This document shows positions 18,547 to 27,392 of a stretch of 64,000 nucleotides of DNA, in pieces. The number at the start of each line of letters is the position of its first letter. Within the stretch, counting starts at the first letter, position 1. Below the pieces are notes generated by a model. That model was not told the DNA's origin and made no database searches. It saw only the letters and a program-made list of their open reading frames with translations. Made by a program: the position numbers and the translations under genes. The DNA lies in NCBI GenBank assembly GCA_043826135.1, contig JBDRQT010000040.1, forward strand, positions 993 to 64,992, read 5' to 3'. The DNA is from an archaeon. Its GTDB lineage: Archaea; Nanobdellota; Nanobdellia; Woesearchaeales; GW2011-AR15.

Positions 18547-19986
18547 TCAAATCACTCTCAACAAATCAACACAAATTGCCACAATATCTGATGGAATATG
18601 TGCCTTATTTATAAGGAAATTTTGCTTTGCATCTTTGATAGACAAATAGTTCTCTTCATTTTCAACTTTTTCATATTTATTTAGATCCTCAATCATCTCT
18701 TCAAACCCCTCGGGGATCTTGTCAGTATGTTTCTTCAGTCTTTTCCTCAAATCATACTGCACTGCATCAAAGCACGCGACCACCAGTTCACCTGATAATT
18801 TTAGGGCTTTTTCTTTTAAATCTGGCTCGGCTACCGCTGGCAAAATAAAATCTTCGTGAGGTTCTGGCAGGTCAGAGATATCATCAGTAGGAACATCCGG
18901 AGGGATATCTGGCGGCAAATCCGGTGTGACTTCAGGCACATTTTTCTCAATCTCCTCTATCTGTTCAAGTGCTCTCAAATCATTATCCATGTCAGAGATA
19001 TCAATAATTTGCGGAGCGCTTGGTTCGTCGACTACCTCAAGTTCAACTCTCTCTTTTTGGTCAGTCTCCATGGATTTCGCCTGAAGAATATAAAGTACTT
19101 TTGATTTCATCGCCCATTCTATGCTTTGGGGTTTTCCAAATGCGGTGTTCACTTTTTTTAGCGCCTGGGCAATCTCTAAAACCTCATTGTCATAAAGGAC
19201 TTCTTTTTTTGAGTTGTCTCCCAGGTCCTGCATCACTGTCTCAAAGGTTTCAATATCTCTTATGAATTCAAACCTTTTATCACTTATATCACGCGTTGTC
19301 ACAATATAATCCTTATCCAAAACATAGACATCTGGAGTAATGCTGTCAGACTGCAGCCCGAAGCCAAGACCAAAACAGCCTTTTACAGTGATTCCATTTT
19401 CATCAGCAAAAGCAGTGCCTGATTTATCTGCATTTATCATCTTGTGGACAATGACAGCCATAGAAAAATCCCCTAACCCCTTACCTTTTGAGACTGATAT
19501 GGCTTCAGCAAGAGTGTCTGCATAATCTTCCAGCAAGGCAGAGAATAGTTTATCTTTTCCTTTCACATTAAGGGTTGTCTTTTGATGAACCAGAGTGTCC
19601 CCTGAGATAACGCTGCCCCTGACTGATACAAACACCTCCTTTGTCTCGAGAAGTGAAGATGCGCTCATTGAAAGATCCACTGAAAGGCTAAGATAAGCTT
19701 CAATAATCTCATCTGCAACATCTTCCTTGAATTCATATGAATGTATCATTTCAGAGAGCTTTTTTTTGCACTCATCCACCTTTTCAGGTGTGCATTTTGT
19801 AAGTTCAGAAATGGCGGCTTTTACATATTTTTCAGAAATGATTAAGTCAAATACATTTTTTGACAGGATGAATCCCGGCGGAACCTTGAATCCTTTTCTG
19901 AAGAGTCTGGCAATCCCGGCTGCCTTTTCTCCGAGCATCGCCGCATCGCTATCAGTGCACTCGCTGAAAAAATAAGTATATTTCAT
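18547..19986 (-). CDS. Stand-alone PEP-utilising-enzyme N-terminal (PPDK_N, ATP-grasp) domain protein with a Pro/Asp-rich linker and helical tail
   Basis: 'MLGEKAAGIARLFRKGFKVPPGFILS', 'VSVRGSVISGDT', 'AVIVHKMINADKSGTAF', 'SIEWAMKSKVLYILQAKSM' parallel the N-domain of ppsA in this window. There is no 'GG.TSHAA' phospho-His motif and no C-terminal barrel. I start it at ATG 19986 (TATA centred 27 nt upstream) rather than at the track's TTG at 20043. Confidence 0.6.
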   Translation of the reverse strand: MKYTYFFSECTDSDAAMLGEKAAGIARLFRKGFKVPPGFILSKNVFDLIISEKYVKAAISELTKCTPEKVDECKKKLSEMIHSYEFKEDVADEIIEAYLSLSVDLSMSASSLLETKEVFVSVRGSVISGDTLVHQKTTLNVKGKDKLFSALLEDYADTLAEAISVSKGKGLGDFSMAVIVHKMINADKSGTAFADENGITVKGCFGLGFGLQSDSITPDVYVLDKDYIVTTRDISDKRFEFIRDIETFETVMQDLGDNSKKEVLYDNEVLEIAQALKKVNTAFGKPQSIEWAMKSKVLYILQAKSMETDQKERVELEVVDEPSAPQIIDISDMDNDLRALEQIEEIEKNVPEVTPDLPPDIPPDVPTDDISDLPEPHEDFILPAVAEPDLKEKALKLSGELVVACFDAVQYDLRKRLKKHTDKIPEGFEEMIEDLNKYEKVENEENYLSIKDAKQNFLINKAHIPSDIVAICVDLLRVI

Positions 19987-20007
19987 ATGTTTGATAAATG
20001 CCTTGAA

Positions 20008-20019
20008 GTTATATAAACT
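20008..20019 (-). promoter_or_regulatory. TATA box (minus-strand TTTATATA) for leaderless 19986 start
   Basis: Centre is ~27 nt upstream of the minus-strand ATG at 19986. Confidence 0.45.
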
Positions 20020-20027
20020 TTTGGTTA

Positions 20028-20040
20028 GATTTAAATATAA
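20028..20040 (+). promoter_or_regulatory. TATA box (TTTAAATATA) for leaderless 20062 start
   Basis: Centre is ~27 nt upstream of the ATG at 20062. Confidence 0.45.
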
Positions 20041-20061
20041 CAAATAGCTCCGTTGCAGAAA

Positions 20062-20835
20062 ATGAAGGGTAATACAATAGACCTAAGCACTGAGACAGTA
20101 CAGTGGATGAAAGAGAGATTCAGTAGCTTGCATTATTACAGAGTTCCAATTGAGAAAACTTATGCACGAATCCTGATTGGACCTACTTTAAATGTGATGT
20201 TGGAAAATGCTTCTCAAAAAAGCCCATTCCATAAAGATCAAGAAGTATTCAGAAATACTATAAGGTCAGTCATTGGATCTGGAACACCAGTACTTGCATA
20301 TCCTTTGGAATGCCTGCTTCTGATTGCATATTTTGAAATACCGACCGATATGAATCAAAATCAATTTTTCAAGTTAGACGGAAATCATCCGATTAAAGGA
20401 TTTTCATCGCTTCAACATTACCGCCCAGTTGCGCATGTTCAGGATGAAATTTATACATATACACTGGCTGACAAAATTTCACCAAATGATGGATGTTTCA
20501 TTACAGAAGATGCTAATCTTTTACTGGATGGAATGATGGAAACAGGGAGCTTTAGTTCTGTTCAAAAATATCTTCATGAGGCTGCAAAGCAAAAAATACT
20601 TTTCTCGATTCAATGCAGCTCACCTGATTCACTATATTATATTGTCTGCAATCCAGCAGAAAGAGATTTGTTTCTGCAAGGTGCCATGGAACTGAAATGG
20701 ATTGCAGCCAAAATGCAGCAAACAGATAAAAGAAGGCCTAATGTGTTCCTGCCTGCAATATCAACTGCATATGGATTCGATTTACTCAACTCTTTATCAA
20801 TGGAGACTCCGTCGGGACTCACCGGAGAATTCTAA
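20062..20835 (+). CDS. Hypothetical protein
   Basis: 257-aa ORF with no motif recognised. The start was moved from TTG 20053 to the in-frame ATG 20062 on promoter geometry. Confidence 0.4.
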   Translation: MKGNTIDLSTETVQWMKERFSSLHYYRVPIEKTYARILIGPTLNVMLENASQKSPFHKDQEVFRNTIRSVIGSGTPVLAYPLECLLLIAYFEIPTDMNQNQFFKLDGNHPIKGFSSLQHYRPVAHVQDEIYTYTLADKISPNDGCFITEDANLLLDGMMETGSFSSVQKYLHEAAKQKILFSIQCSSPDSLYYIVCNPAERDLFLQGAMELKWIAAKMQQTDKRRPNVFLPAISTAYGFDLLNSLSMETPSGLTGEF

Positions 20836-20866
20836 ACATTTTATACTGTATTTATCTTGAGGGGGA

Positions 20867-22258
20867 TTATATCTTCTTTACCACACTACCTTTTCCGCTA
20901 TCATCCACTGCATAACCTAATTTCTTTATTTCATCCCTTAATTCATCAGAGAGTTTCCAGTTCTTCTCCTTCCTTGCAGCGTCCCTTTTATGCACTAGTT
21001 CCATTACACTATCAGGAACTGATTCTTCAACAAATTCCAGCACTCCAAGAACTTTATCAAATTCCATCATGAGATTAAAGCATTTTAAGGCATCATTTCT
21101 TGACAGAGCATCATTTGAAAGCAAGGTATTTACTGCTGTCATGAATTCAAATACAGAAGCAAGGCCTCCTGACATATTAAGGTCATCGTCCATCGCTGCC
21201 TCGAACTTGTTTTTTGTTTCTGCAATCAATTTGTCGATTTCTGGATCATTTTGTTTTGAAGTTGCAGACTTCAGCTTCATTATGAATTCCTTAAGTCTTT
21301 TTATGACAGTCTCTGCGCCGTCAAGTGCTGCGAAGGTGAAATTCAGCTTTTGCCTATAATGCGTGCTCATCAAAAGATATCTAACTGCTTTAGGTGAAAA
21401 TCCTTTTTCCAGGACATCTTTTAGCACATAGAAGTTGCCCTTGCTCTTGGACATCTTCTCTCCATCCACAAGAAGATGTTCGCAGTGAAGCCAGTAATTC
21501 ACAAATTTCTCTGAAAAGCAACCCTCACTCTGTGCAATCTCATTCTCGTGATGAGGAAACTTAAGATCAATTCCACCTGTGTGGATATCAAAATGCTTTC
21601 CAAGAAATTTTGTAGACATTGCGCTGCACTCAATATGCCAGCCAGGCCTTCCCTTTCCTATTTCAGTCTCCCAGAAAACATCGCCGTCAGATTTATCATA
21701 GGCTTTCCACAGGGCAAAATCATTCGCTGACTCTTTTTCATATTCATCCTGCTTGACTCTTGCTCCTTCTTTAAGTCCGGATAAATCAATCTTTGCAAGC
21801 TGTCCATATTTTTTGAATTTCGAGACAGAGAAATATATTGAGCCGTCCTCGCTTCTGTAGGCTATGCCTTTTTTCATGAGCTCTTTTGTTATATCAATCA
21901 TCTCTTTGATAGATTCAGTCGCCTTAGGGAAATACTCGACTTTCTCAATATTTAGTGTCTTCATATCATCAAAGAATATCTCAGTATATTTTTCTGTGAA
22001 TTCTTTGAGCGTTACACCTTCTTTCTGGCTGTCTCTTATAGTCTTGTCATCCACATCGGTGAGGTTCATCACATGGATAACTTCATAACCTTTGAATTTC
22101 AGGTATCTTCTCAGGATATCCGAGAATATGAAGCTTCTCCAGTTCCCTATATGCGCATAATTGTAGACTGTAGGGCCGCAGGAATAAATCTTTGCTGTGC
22201 CTTCTGAAATCTCTTTGAAATCTTCTTTTTGATTTGAGAGTGTGTTATAAAATTTCAT
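20867..22258 (-). CDS. cysS: Cysteine--tRNA ligase
   Basis: 'HIGN' (HIGH), 'KMSKSKGN' (KMSKS), Zn-site residues ('CGPTVY', 'HIECS'), and a full C-terminal anticodon-binding helical domain. SD AAGGTGA upstream. Confidence 0.95.
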   Translation of the reverse strand: MKFYNTLSNQKEDFKEISEGTAKIYSCGPTVYNYAHIGNWRSFIFSDILRRYLKFKGYEVIHVMNLTDVDDKTIRDSQKEGVTLKEFTEKYTEIFFDDMKTLNIEKVEYFPKATESIKEMIDITKELMKKGIAYRSEDGSIYFSVSKFKKYGQLAKIDLSGLKEGARVKQDEYEKESANDFALWKAYDKSDGDVFWETEIGKGRPGWHIECSAMSTKFLGKHFDIHTGGIDLKFPHHENEIAQSEGCFSEKFVNYWLHCEHLLVDGEKMSKSKGNFYVLKDVLEKGFSPKAVRYLLMSTHYRQKLNFTFAALDGAETVIKRLKEFIMKLKSATSKQNDPEIDKLIAETKNKFEAAMDDDLNMSGGLASVFEFMTAVNTLLSNDALSRNDALKCFNLMMEFDKVLGVLEFVEESVPDSVMELVHKRDAARKEKNWKLSDELRDEIKKLGYAVDDSGKGSVVKKI

Positions 22259-22293
22259 ATTATCACCTTTGTTTTAGTATTTCGCTTTTATTT

Positions 22294-22908
22294 TTATATT
22301 GTTTGCATCAAAAACTCCAAGATGCCTCCGAGTGTCAAAAAATATACAATTCTGACCATTGTCGTGAAAAATGAGAGGAACAGTGACATGAAACCAGGTA
22401 TCCCGCCTATCTTATTATTGATAACTATCGCACCTAGATCATGGATGAAGACAACTATCGGACCAAGCACCACCAGTGATACGCTTGGAAAAAACAACAC
22501 TAGTGAATTTATGATGAAGTACCATCCGAAAAAGAAAAAATCAGGGCCATTTACAGACTCTCCTCCTAGGAGCGCAGGAACAATATCGCTGAGGATAAAA
22601 AAAATAATTGTTAAAGGAATACCATAATATCTAGTTATGAATACTCCCAGGAACAGCGCAAGCTTGAAGTCCATCGGAGACCTGTTGAATTTTGAATGAT
22701 AGAAACTAAAGACTGCAGAACCCAGTGTCAGAAGCGAAAAGTAAAAATATTTCCTGTGGAAAAGGAAAAAGAACAGTATGAGCAACACCAGGAGAAGATG
22801 AGTTTTTCTGATTTTGTATAGTTTTTCAAGTATTGGAAGATCAAGTATATGCTTCCTATGCTGATACGGCCTGACTGCCTTTCTCCTGAACTCTTTTCTT
22901 ATGCTCAT
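22294..22908 (-). CDS. Polytopic membrane protein of unknown function
   Basis: Basic N-terminus then ~6 hydrophobic segments. ATGA overlap with the upstream PIG-L gene. Confidence 0.5.
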   Translation of the reverse strand: MSIRKEFRRKAVRPYQHRKHILDLPILEKLYKIRKTHLLLVLLILFFFLFHRKYFYFSLLTLGSAVFSFYHSKFNRSPMDFKLALFLGVFITRYYGIPLTIIFFILSDIVPALLGGESVNGPDFFFFGWYFIINSLVLFFPSVSLVVLGPIVVFIHDLGAIVINNKIGGIPGFMSLFLSFFTTMVRIVYFLTLGGILEFLMQTI

Positions 22909-23765
22909 TTTAATCCGTAATGCTCGATATATCCTTCAAGCTTGTCATTGACTTCTTTTGGGTTAATGCTTGCCCATGTTTCATAGAACATCTTGCTTTT
23001 TTTTGGCAACACTTTCTTTACGATTGGATAAAAGGAACTAAGCAGTTCCCTAAGTACCTCTGCATTTTTTGAGGAATATGGCAATTTTGAATAATCATAT
23101 GATGGAAGTATCCTGTAATTTTCAAACTTGCTTTTCGGGAAATAATCTCTTTGCTGATTTACCTGGCTTTTGAAAATTTCCATGATATTGGTCCATCTTT
23201 TCTGCTCATTATGCGTCGGAATCAGTTTTTCCTCATCGCTGCCCATGGGAACGAATTCCTGAACCTTAAATTCCCCTTCGAAGTTATTGTATGAGCCATA
23301 TTCAATAATCTTGTCTTTGCTAAAGCCAAGATTCCTAAGTGAGATTATTGCAAACAGATGAGCTGCATCATGATCAGGATGAGCGCCCTCCCACGGAGGT
23401 ATAAGGACAAAATCGGGGTTTATTTTTTTTATCAGCATGAAAAGTTTGTCTACAACATACGGATTTGAAACCAAATCCTGGTCAGGCAGCCCAAAATAAT
23501 AAACAGAACTATCCAGAACATGAAACTCTTTCAGAGCTTTCCTTGATTCAGCTTCCCTTAGCTTGGCATACTGCGCTTCTGGAATCCTTTTTCCAGGAGT
23601 TCCGTCCTGGCCGAGTCTTCCATCAGTTAGACATATGACAAAAGAGTTTTTGCCTTTTCTTCTCATAATTAGCCTTCCTGTTGAGAACTCACAGTCATCT
23701 GGATGCGGGCTTATCACCAATATCCTGTTTTTTGTGTCCTGCAGCTCTTTTAACATATGGCTCAC
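22905..23765 (-). CDS. PIG-L/LmbE-family N-acetylglucosaminyl deacetylase
   Basis: 'LVISPHPDDCEFSTG' and 'HPDHDAAH' zinc-deacetylase motifs. GTG 23765 (GTGA overlap with the cysK stop) or ATG 23756 as start. Confidence 0.85.
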   Translation of the reverse strand: MSHMLKELQDTKNRILVISPHPDDCEFSTGRLIMRRKGKNSFVICLTDGRLGQDGTPGKRIPEAQYAKLREAESRKALKEFHVLDSSVYYFGLPDQDLVSNPYVVDKLFMLIKKINPDFVLIPPWEGAHPDHDAAHLFAIISLRNLGFSKDKIIEYGSYNNFEGEFKVQEFVPMGSDEEKLIPTHNEQKRWTNIMEIFKSQVNQQRDYFPKSKFENYRILPSYDYSKLPYSSKNAEVLRELLSSFYPIVKKVLPKKSKMFYETWASINPKEVNDKLEGYIEHYGLK

Positions 23766-24649
23766 TTGAAAAGTACTGTTGATAAATATCTCTCTCCCCT
23801 GTCAGGAAATACAACAACTATCACTCCTTGTTTTAATTTTTTGGCGAGCTCTAGTGCTCCATGCATTGCAGCTCCTGAACTCATGCCGACCAAGATTCCT
23901 TCTTTTAGGGCTAACTGCCTTGCAGTCTCATAAGATTCTTCATTATGAACTATTATAGTCTCGTCAAGCATAGCCCGATTAAAAATCTTTGGTACAATCG
24001 CTTCTTTCATATTCTTCATTCCCTGAAGCTTATGGTTTTCCTGCGGTTCTATCCCTATTATCTTGATATCAGGCCTTTTCTCCTTGAATTTTCTTGATAC
24101 ACCCATTAGTGTCCCGGATGTGCCCATACCTGCAACAAAATGGGTGATTTCAGGAACATCTTTAAGTATCTCCTCTGCAGTAAATTTATAGTGTGCAAGC
24201 GGATTATTAGGGTTATCATGCTGATATGGCATGAAATATTTGTCAGGGTTAGCCTTAAGCATCTCAAATGCCTTGTCAACTGCTCCGTCAGTTCCTTTTT
24301 CCGGTGCAGTTTCAACCAGCTCTGCACCGAATGCCTTGAGTGTTTTCTTCCTCTCTTCGCTCATCCCTGATGACATAGTCAGGACTACTTTATATCCTTT
24401 GACTGCACCGGCCATAGCAACCCCAATTCCTGTGTTTCCGGATGTGGGCTCGAGAATAATTTTATTTTTTGTTAGCTCTCCAGATTTTTCTGCAGCCTCA
24501 ATCATCTCACGCGCTATCCTGTCTTTTACTGAGCCGCCAGGATTTTGGCCTTCCAGCTTTGCATAAATTTTGACATTTTCAGGTGCCATATGATGAATCC
24601 TGACAACCGGAGTGTTTCCTATCATTTCAAGTATGTTTTCATATTTCAT
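23762..24649 (-). CDS. cysK: Cysteine synthase family (O-acetylserine or O-phosphoserine sulfhydrylase)
   Basis: PLP-Lys motif 'NPGGSVKDRIA', 'SGNTGIG', 'GMGTSGTL'. 295 aa. Confidence 0.9.
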   Translation of the reverse strand: MKYENILEMIGNTPVVRIHHMAPENVKIYAKLEGQNPGGSVKDRIAREMIEAAEKSGELTKNKIILEPTSGNTGIGVAMAGAVKGYKVVLTMSSGMSEERKKTLKAFGAELVETAPEKGTDGAVDKAFEMLKANPDKYFMPYQHDNPNNPLAHYKFTAEEILKDVPEITHFVAGMGTSGTLMGVSRKFKEKRPDIKIIGIEPQENHKLQGMKNMKEAIVPKIFNRAMLDETIIVHNEESYETARQLALKEGILVGMSSGAAMHGALELAKKLKQGVIVVVFPDRGERYLSTVLFK

Positions 24650-25041
24650 TTTAGTGCCTCCAAGCTTATTTTCTCTTTTTCAAATCCATGAATATGCCTC
24701 GATGTTTTGGGAGGGAATAAATCCCCTTCTTTTCCCCTTCTTATGACTTCTTTCTTTGTGACTTTGATATCAGGTCTCCAGGATTTAAGTTCAACTTCAG
24801 AATAACTGACTTTATACGCAGGTATTGATGAAAACCCAAGGCTTTTTATGACATTATACCTATGATGCCCGTCAAGAATGACGCGTGATCTTGATTCGAC
24901 AAGGATCGGCTCAATATACTTATTTTTCTTGATTTCTCCTAAAAGATCAGTAAAATGCTCTAGGGAAATCTCCTCATGCTGCCTGAGGTTGTTCACATCC
25001 ATAAGTGTATAGCTTAGTTTGTGGGAAATTTTAATCACCAA
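24646..25041 (-). CDS. Small ParB/sulfiredoxin-fold protein
   Basis: 'RVILDGHHRYNVIKSLG' (DGHHR motif of the ParB/Srx superfamily). 131 aa from TTG 25041 (or 118 aa from ATG 25002). ATGA overlap with the cysK start. Confidence 0.65.
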   Translation of the reverse strand: MVIKISHKLSYTLMDVNNLRQHEEISLEHFTDLLGEIKKNKYIEPILVESRSRVILDGHHRYNVIKSLGFSSIPAYKVSYSEVELKSWRPDIKVTKKEVIRRGKEGDLFPPKTSRHIHGFEKEKISLEALK

Positions 25042-25209
25042 TTAACCTATAAAAAAGAGCCGATGGACTAATCAACAACAACAGAATGAATAACTGATGC
25101 TGATTTCCATTTCCAACTAGTAAAACATAGGAAATATTTAAAGGTTGGGCTTGAATGCTCTTAAAAGACAAGGAATAACAATAAATATTGAGCACTTCTT
25201 TAAGCTTTG

Positions 25210-25731
25210 ATGGGACTTGTAGATTATCAAGGATTTCTTGTTTTTGGGATTAACGCAGATACGTTTAGACAGGGATATCCTCCACTAGCAACAAGATTCG
25301 ATAAGCTGTCCACGCCAATGGCTAACGCAATCAGGCTTAGCACAGCAAAATTATCTGAAAGCATCTATTTGCATTCAATTGTAAATCAAAGAATGCTTTG
25401 TTTTGCGGAGAACGATATTGCATTGATTGAAGGCAGTAGAATACCTGAATCAGGACTGTATACAGCTGCCGGGTACGCTCACTCCTTAGCATCTGATAAA
25501 GGTGGAGATCCTCTAATTATTATCTTGAAATATCCTGAATGCAGAATAGGTGCAGAATATATTCTAGATGAGATTAGTCCTGCAGGAATGTGGATTCACT
25601 TGAGATCGCCTGATGCAATTATTCACAAAATAATGCAGATCACTCATATCACATTTGAAAATAAGGGATTTAATGAATATGATAACCATGTGAGATCTGT
25701 GCAGATGAGAGATATTACTGATTCTTTTTAG
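25210..25731 (+). CDS. Hypothetical protein
   Basis: ORF with an AATAAATATT box ~27 nt upstream of ATG 25210. No motif recognised. Confidence 0.4.
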   Translation: MGLVDYQGFLVFGINADTFRQGYPPLATRFDKLSTPMANAIRLSTAKLSESIYLHSIVNQRMLCFAENDIALIEGSRIPESGLYTAAGYAHSLASDKGGDPLIIILKYPECRIGAEYILDEISPAGMWIHLRSPDAIIHKIMQITHITFENKGFNEYDNHVRSVQMRDITDSF

Positions 25732-25777
25732 GTTGTTGCCGATAAATTTATAATAAGGTTATGAATAACGAGCTAAA

Positions 25778-26368
25778 ATGAAACTATTGTTTTTTTCCGA
25801 TACGCATGGAGACAAAGAAGCCCTTGAAAACATAAAAAAGAAGAGCTCTGAAGTAGATGGGCTTGTCTGTGCCGGAGACATTTCTGTGATGGAGAGAGGC
25901 ATGAAAAGCATACTTCGTGAACTAAATAATTTAGGCAAGAAAACATTGATCATCCACGGAAACCATGAAAATGAAGAAAATCTTAGAGATATGTGCAGAG
26001 ACTTTGAGAATCTGAAATTTATGCATAAAGGTGTCTATCATACAGGAGATTATGTTTTTATGGGCTATGGAGGAGACGGCTTCTCGACAAATGACCCTGA
26101 GTTTGATAAAGTTGCAAAATTTTTCAAGAGCGAATCCCTTGGTAAAAAAAGGATTATTATGATAACCCATGGGCCGCCGCATGGGACAGAGATTGACAAG
26201 CTGCATGGAGACTATCGAGGCAGCAAAAGCTACAGAGCCTTTATGGACGATGTGAAGCCTCATCTTTTCATATCAGGCCATCTTCATGAGAATGCAGGCA
26301 AGCACCAGAAGATAGGCAGGACTCTTCTCATTAACCCTGGTAAGGCCGGCGCTATTGTTGAAATTTAA
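25778..26368 (+). CDS. Calcineurin-like metallophosphoesterase (YfcE/MJ0936-type)
   Basis: 'LLFFSDTHGD', 'AGDIS', 'HGNHE', 'THGPP', 'SGHLHE'. Confidence 0.85.
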   Translation: MKLLFFSDTHGDKEALENIKKKSSEVDGLVCAGDISVMERGMKSILRELNNLGKKTLIIHGNHENEENLRDMCRDFENLKFMHKGVYHTGDYVFMGYGGDGFSTNDPEFDKVAKFFKSESLGKKRIIMITHGPPHGTEIDKLHGDYRGSKSYRAFMDDVKPHLFISGHLHENAGKHQKIGRTLLINPGKAGAIVEI

Positions 26369-26406
26369 TCGTAAATTATTTAAGCTGGATTAAGCAGACT
26401 TGACCT

Positions 26407-27060
26407 ATGACTTTAATCGCCTATCTTTTCAGCCTTTTTGGCATCTGGATTGACACCTTATTCGTCCTTCCGTTCAGGAATATCGATATGCTCTGGCTTC
26501 TTGTTCCTATCTGGATCGCATGGTTTTTCGCTGAATTCTTCCAAGAAAAGATTGGAACTTCCATGGGCAATGCCATAACCAATGCTGTAGTGATACTTTG
26601 GGGAAGCATTGACTGCACGAGGCAGACCTTCAGCCTCATCGCAAAGAAAGCACTCAATTCTACTTTAGACATACTCGGCAGATTCGGGCTTGTCTTCCTG
26701 CTTTTTATCTATGGTGCAATAATTATTCATCTGGGGATTAAGGGAAACAAGATAATCAAATATATTGGCCGTGTCAGGATCGTTACATATGTATTTGCAA
26801 TGTTCGTTCCAATCTTTTATAATGCAATAAGCTTTTCTGTAGAGCATCTCCTTGCAACAATATTATTTTTTCCGCTGTTCTATTTTACAATTGAACTGCT
26901 TGATTTTTTAGTGCCGGATCCGCACGCAATCAGGGTAGATCAGGAAGATACGAACAGCCAAAGGAAAAAAACAGTTCAGGTATCACCTTCCAATCCTCAC
27001 GATATTACAAAACAGGCACTTCTTCATTCCAGAGCCTATCACAATCATAAGCCAAAATAG
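26407..27060 (+). CDS. Polytopic membrane protein, unknown function
   Basis: ~6 hydrophobic segments and a hydrophilic His/Pro-rich tail. Confidence 0.45.
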   Translation: MTLIAYLFSLFGIWIDTLFVLPFRNIDMLWLLVPIWIAWFFAEFFQEKIGTSMGNAITNAVVILWGSIDCTRQTFSLIAKKALNSTLDILGRFGLVFLLFIYGAIIIHLGIKGNKIIKYIGRVRIVTYVFAMFVPIFYNAISFSVEHLLATILFFPLFYFTIELLDFLVPDPHAIRVDQEDTNSQRKKTVQVSPSNPHDITKQALLHSRAYHNHKPK

Positions 27061-27095
27061 TTAATTAGTTAAATGGACAATTAATCATATTTCTA

Positions 27096-27392
27096 ATGGC
27101 AATATCCTATAAGCAGCAGTGCATGAGATGCAAGAAAAATTTTGTCCTGACAAATTATAAAGAGAGATATCCTATCTGTTATGACTGCCAGAAAAGCGAG
27201 CTGGATAAGCCGATAGATAACAAAGAGATGAAGGAATTATTTGACATTCCCGAAGATTTCTACAAAAAAAACGGGTTTCTAAGGAATATTAAGCTTAATT
27301 ATCTGAGATACCATAACCTTACAGAGAAGCAGATTGCTGCGTTTAAAAAAAATGTTGAAACATTGAAAAATGATGCTAATTCAAAACATTAA
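27096..27392 (+). CDS. Small zinc-ribbon protein
   Basis: 'CMRC-x17-CYDC' four-Cys ribbon at the N-terminus. 98 aa. Confidence 0.45.
   Translation: MAISYKQQCMRCKKNFVLTNYKERYPICYDCQKSELDKPIDNKEMKELFDIPEDFYKKNGFLRNIKLNYLRYHNLTEKQIAAFKKNVETLKNDANSKH

Noticed and set aside
20867-22258. CysRS homolog as an MshC-like cysteine ligase (mycothiol-type pathway with the LmbE deacetylase)
   Set aside because: The protein has a full-length C-terminal anticodon-binding region and canonical HIGH/KMSKS motifs, so it looks like the housekeeping CysRS. No GT4 glycosyltransferase (MshA/BshA-like) is nearby. I kept this only as a minor alternative under the operon finding.
22294-22908. Weak similarity between membrane proteins 22294..22908 and 28443..29003 ('(T/V)RY(Y/I)G(I/V)', similar C-terminal helices)
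   Set aside because: The similarity rests on hydrophobic segments with only one short shared motif, and may be compositional.
25210-25731. Possible distant paralogy between 25210..25731 and 51339..51770 (shared 'YP.L', 'RM.C', 'YAH', 'KGG.P' in the same order), and a JAMM-like 'HSH' in the latter
   Set aside because: The spacing between the short motifs differs by 5-10 residues at every interval. The HxH is not followed by the JAMM Ser/Asp at the right distance. This cannot be supported without a profile or structure comparison.
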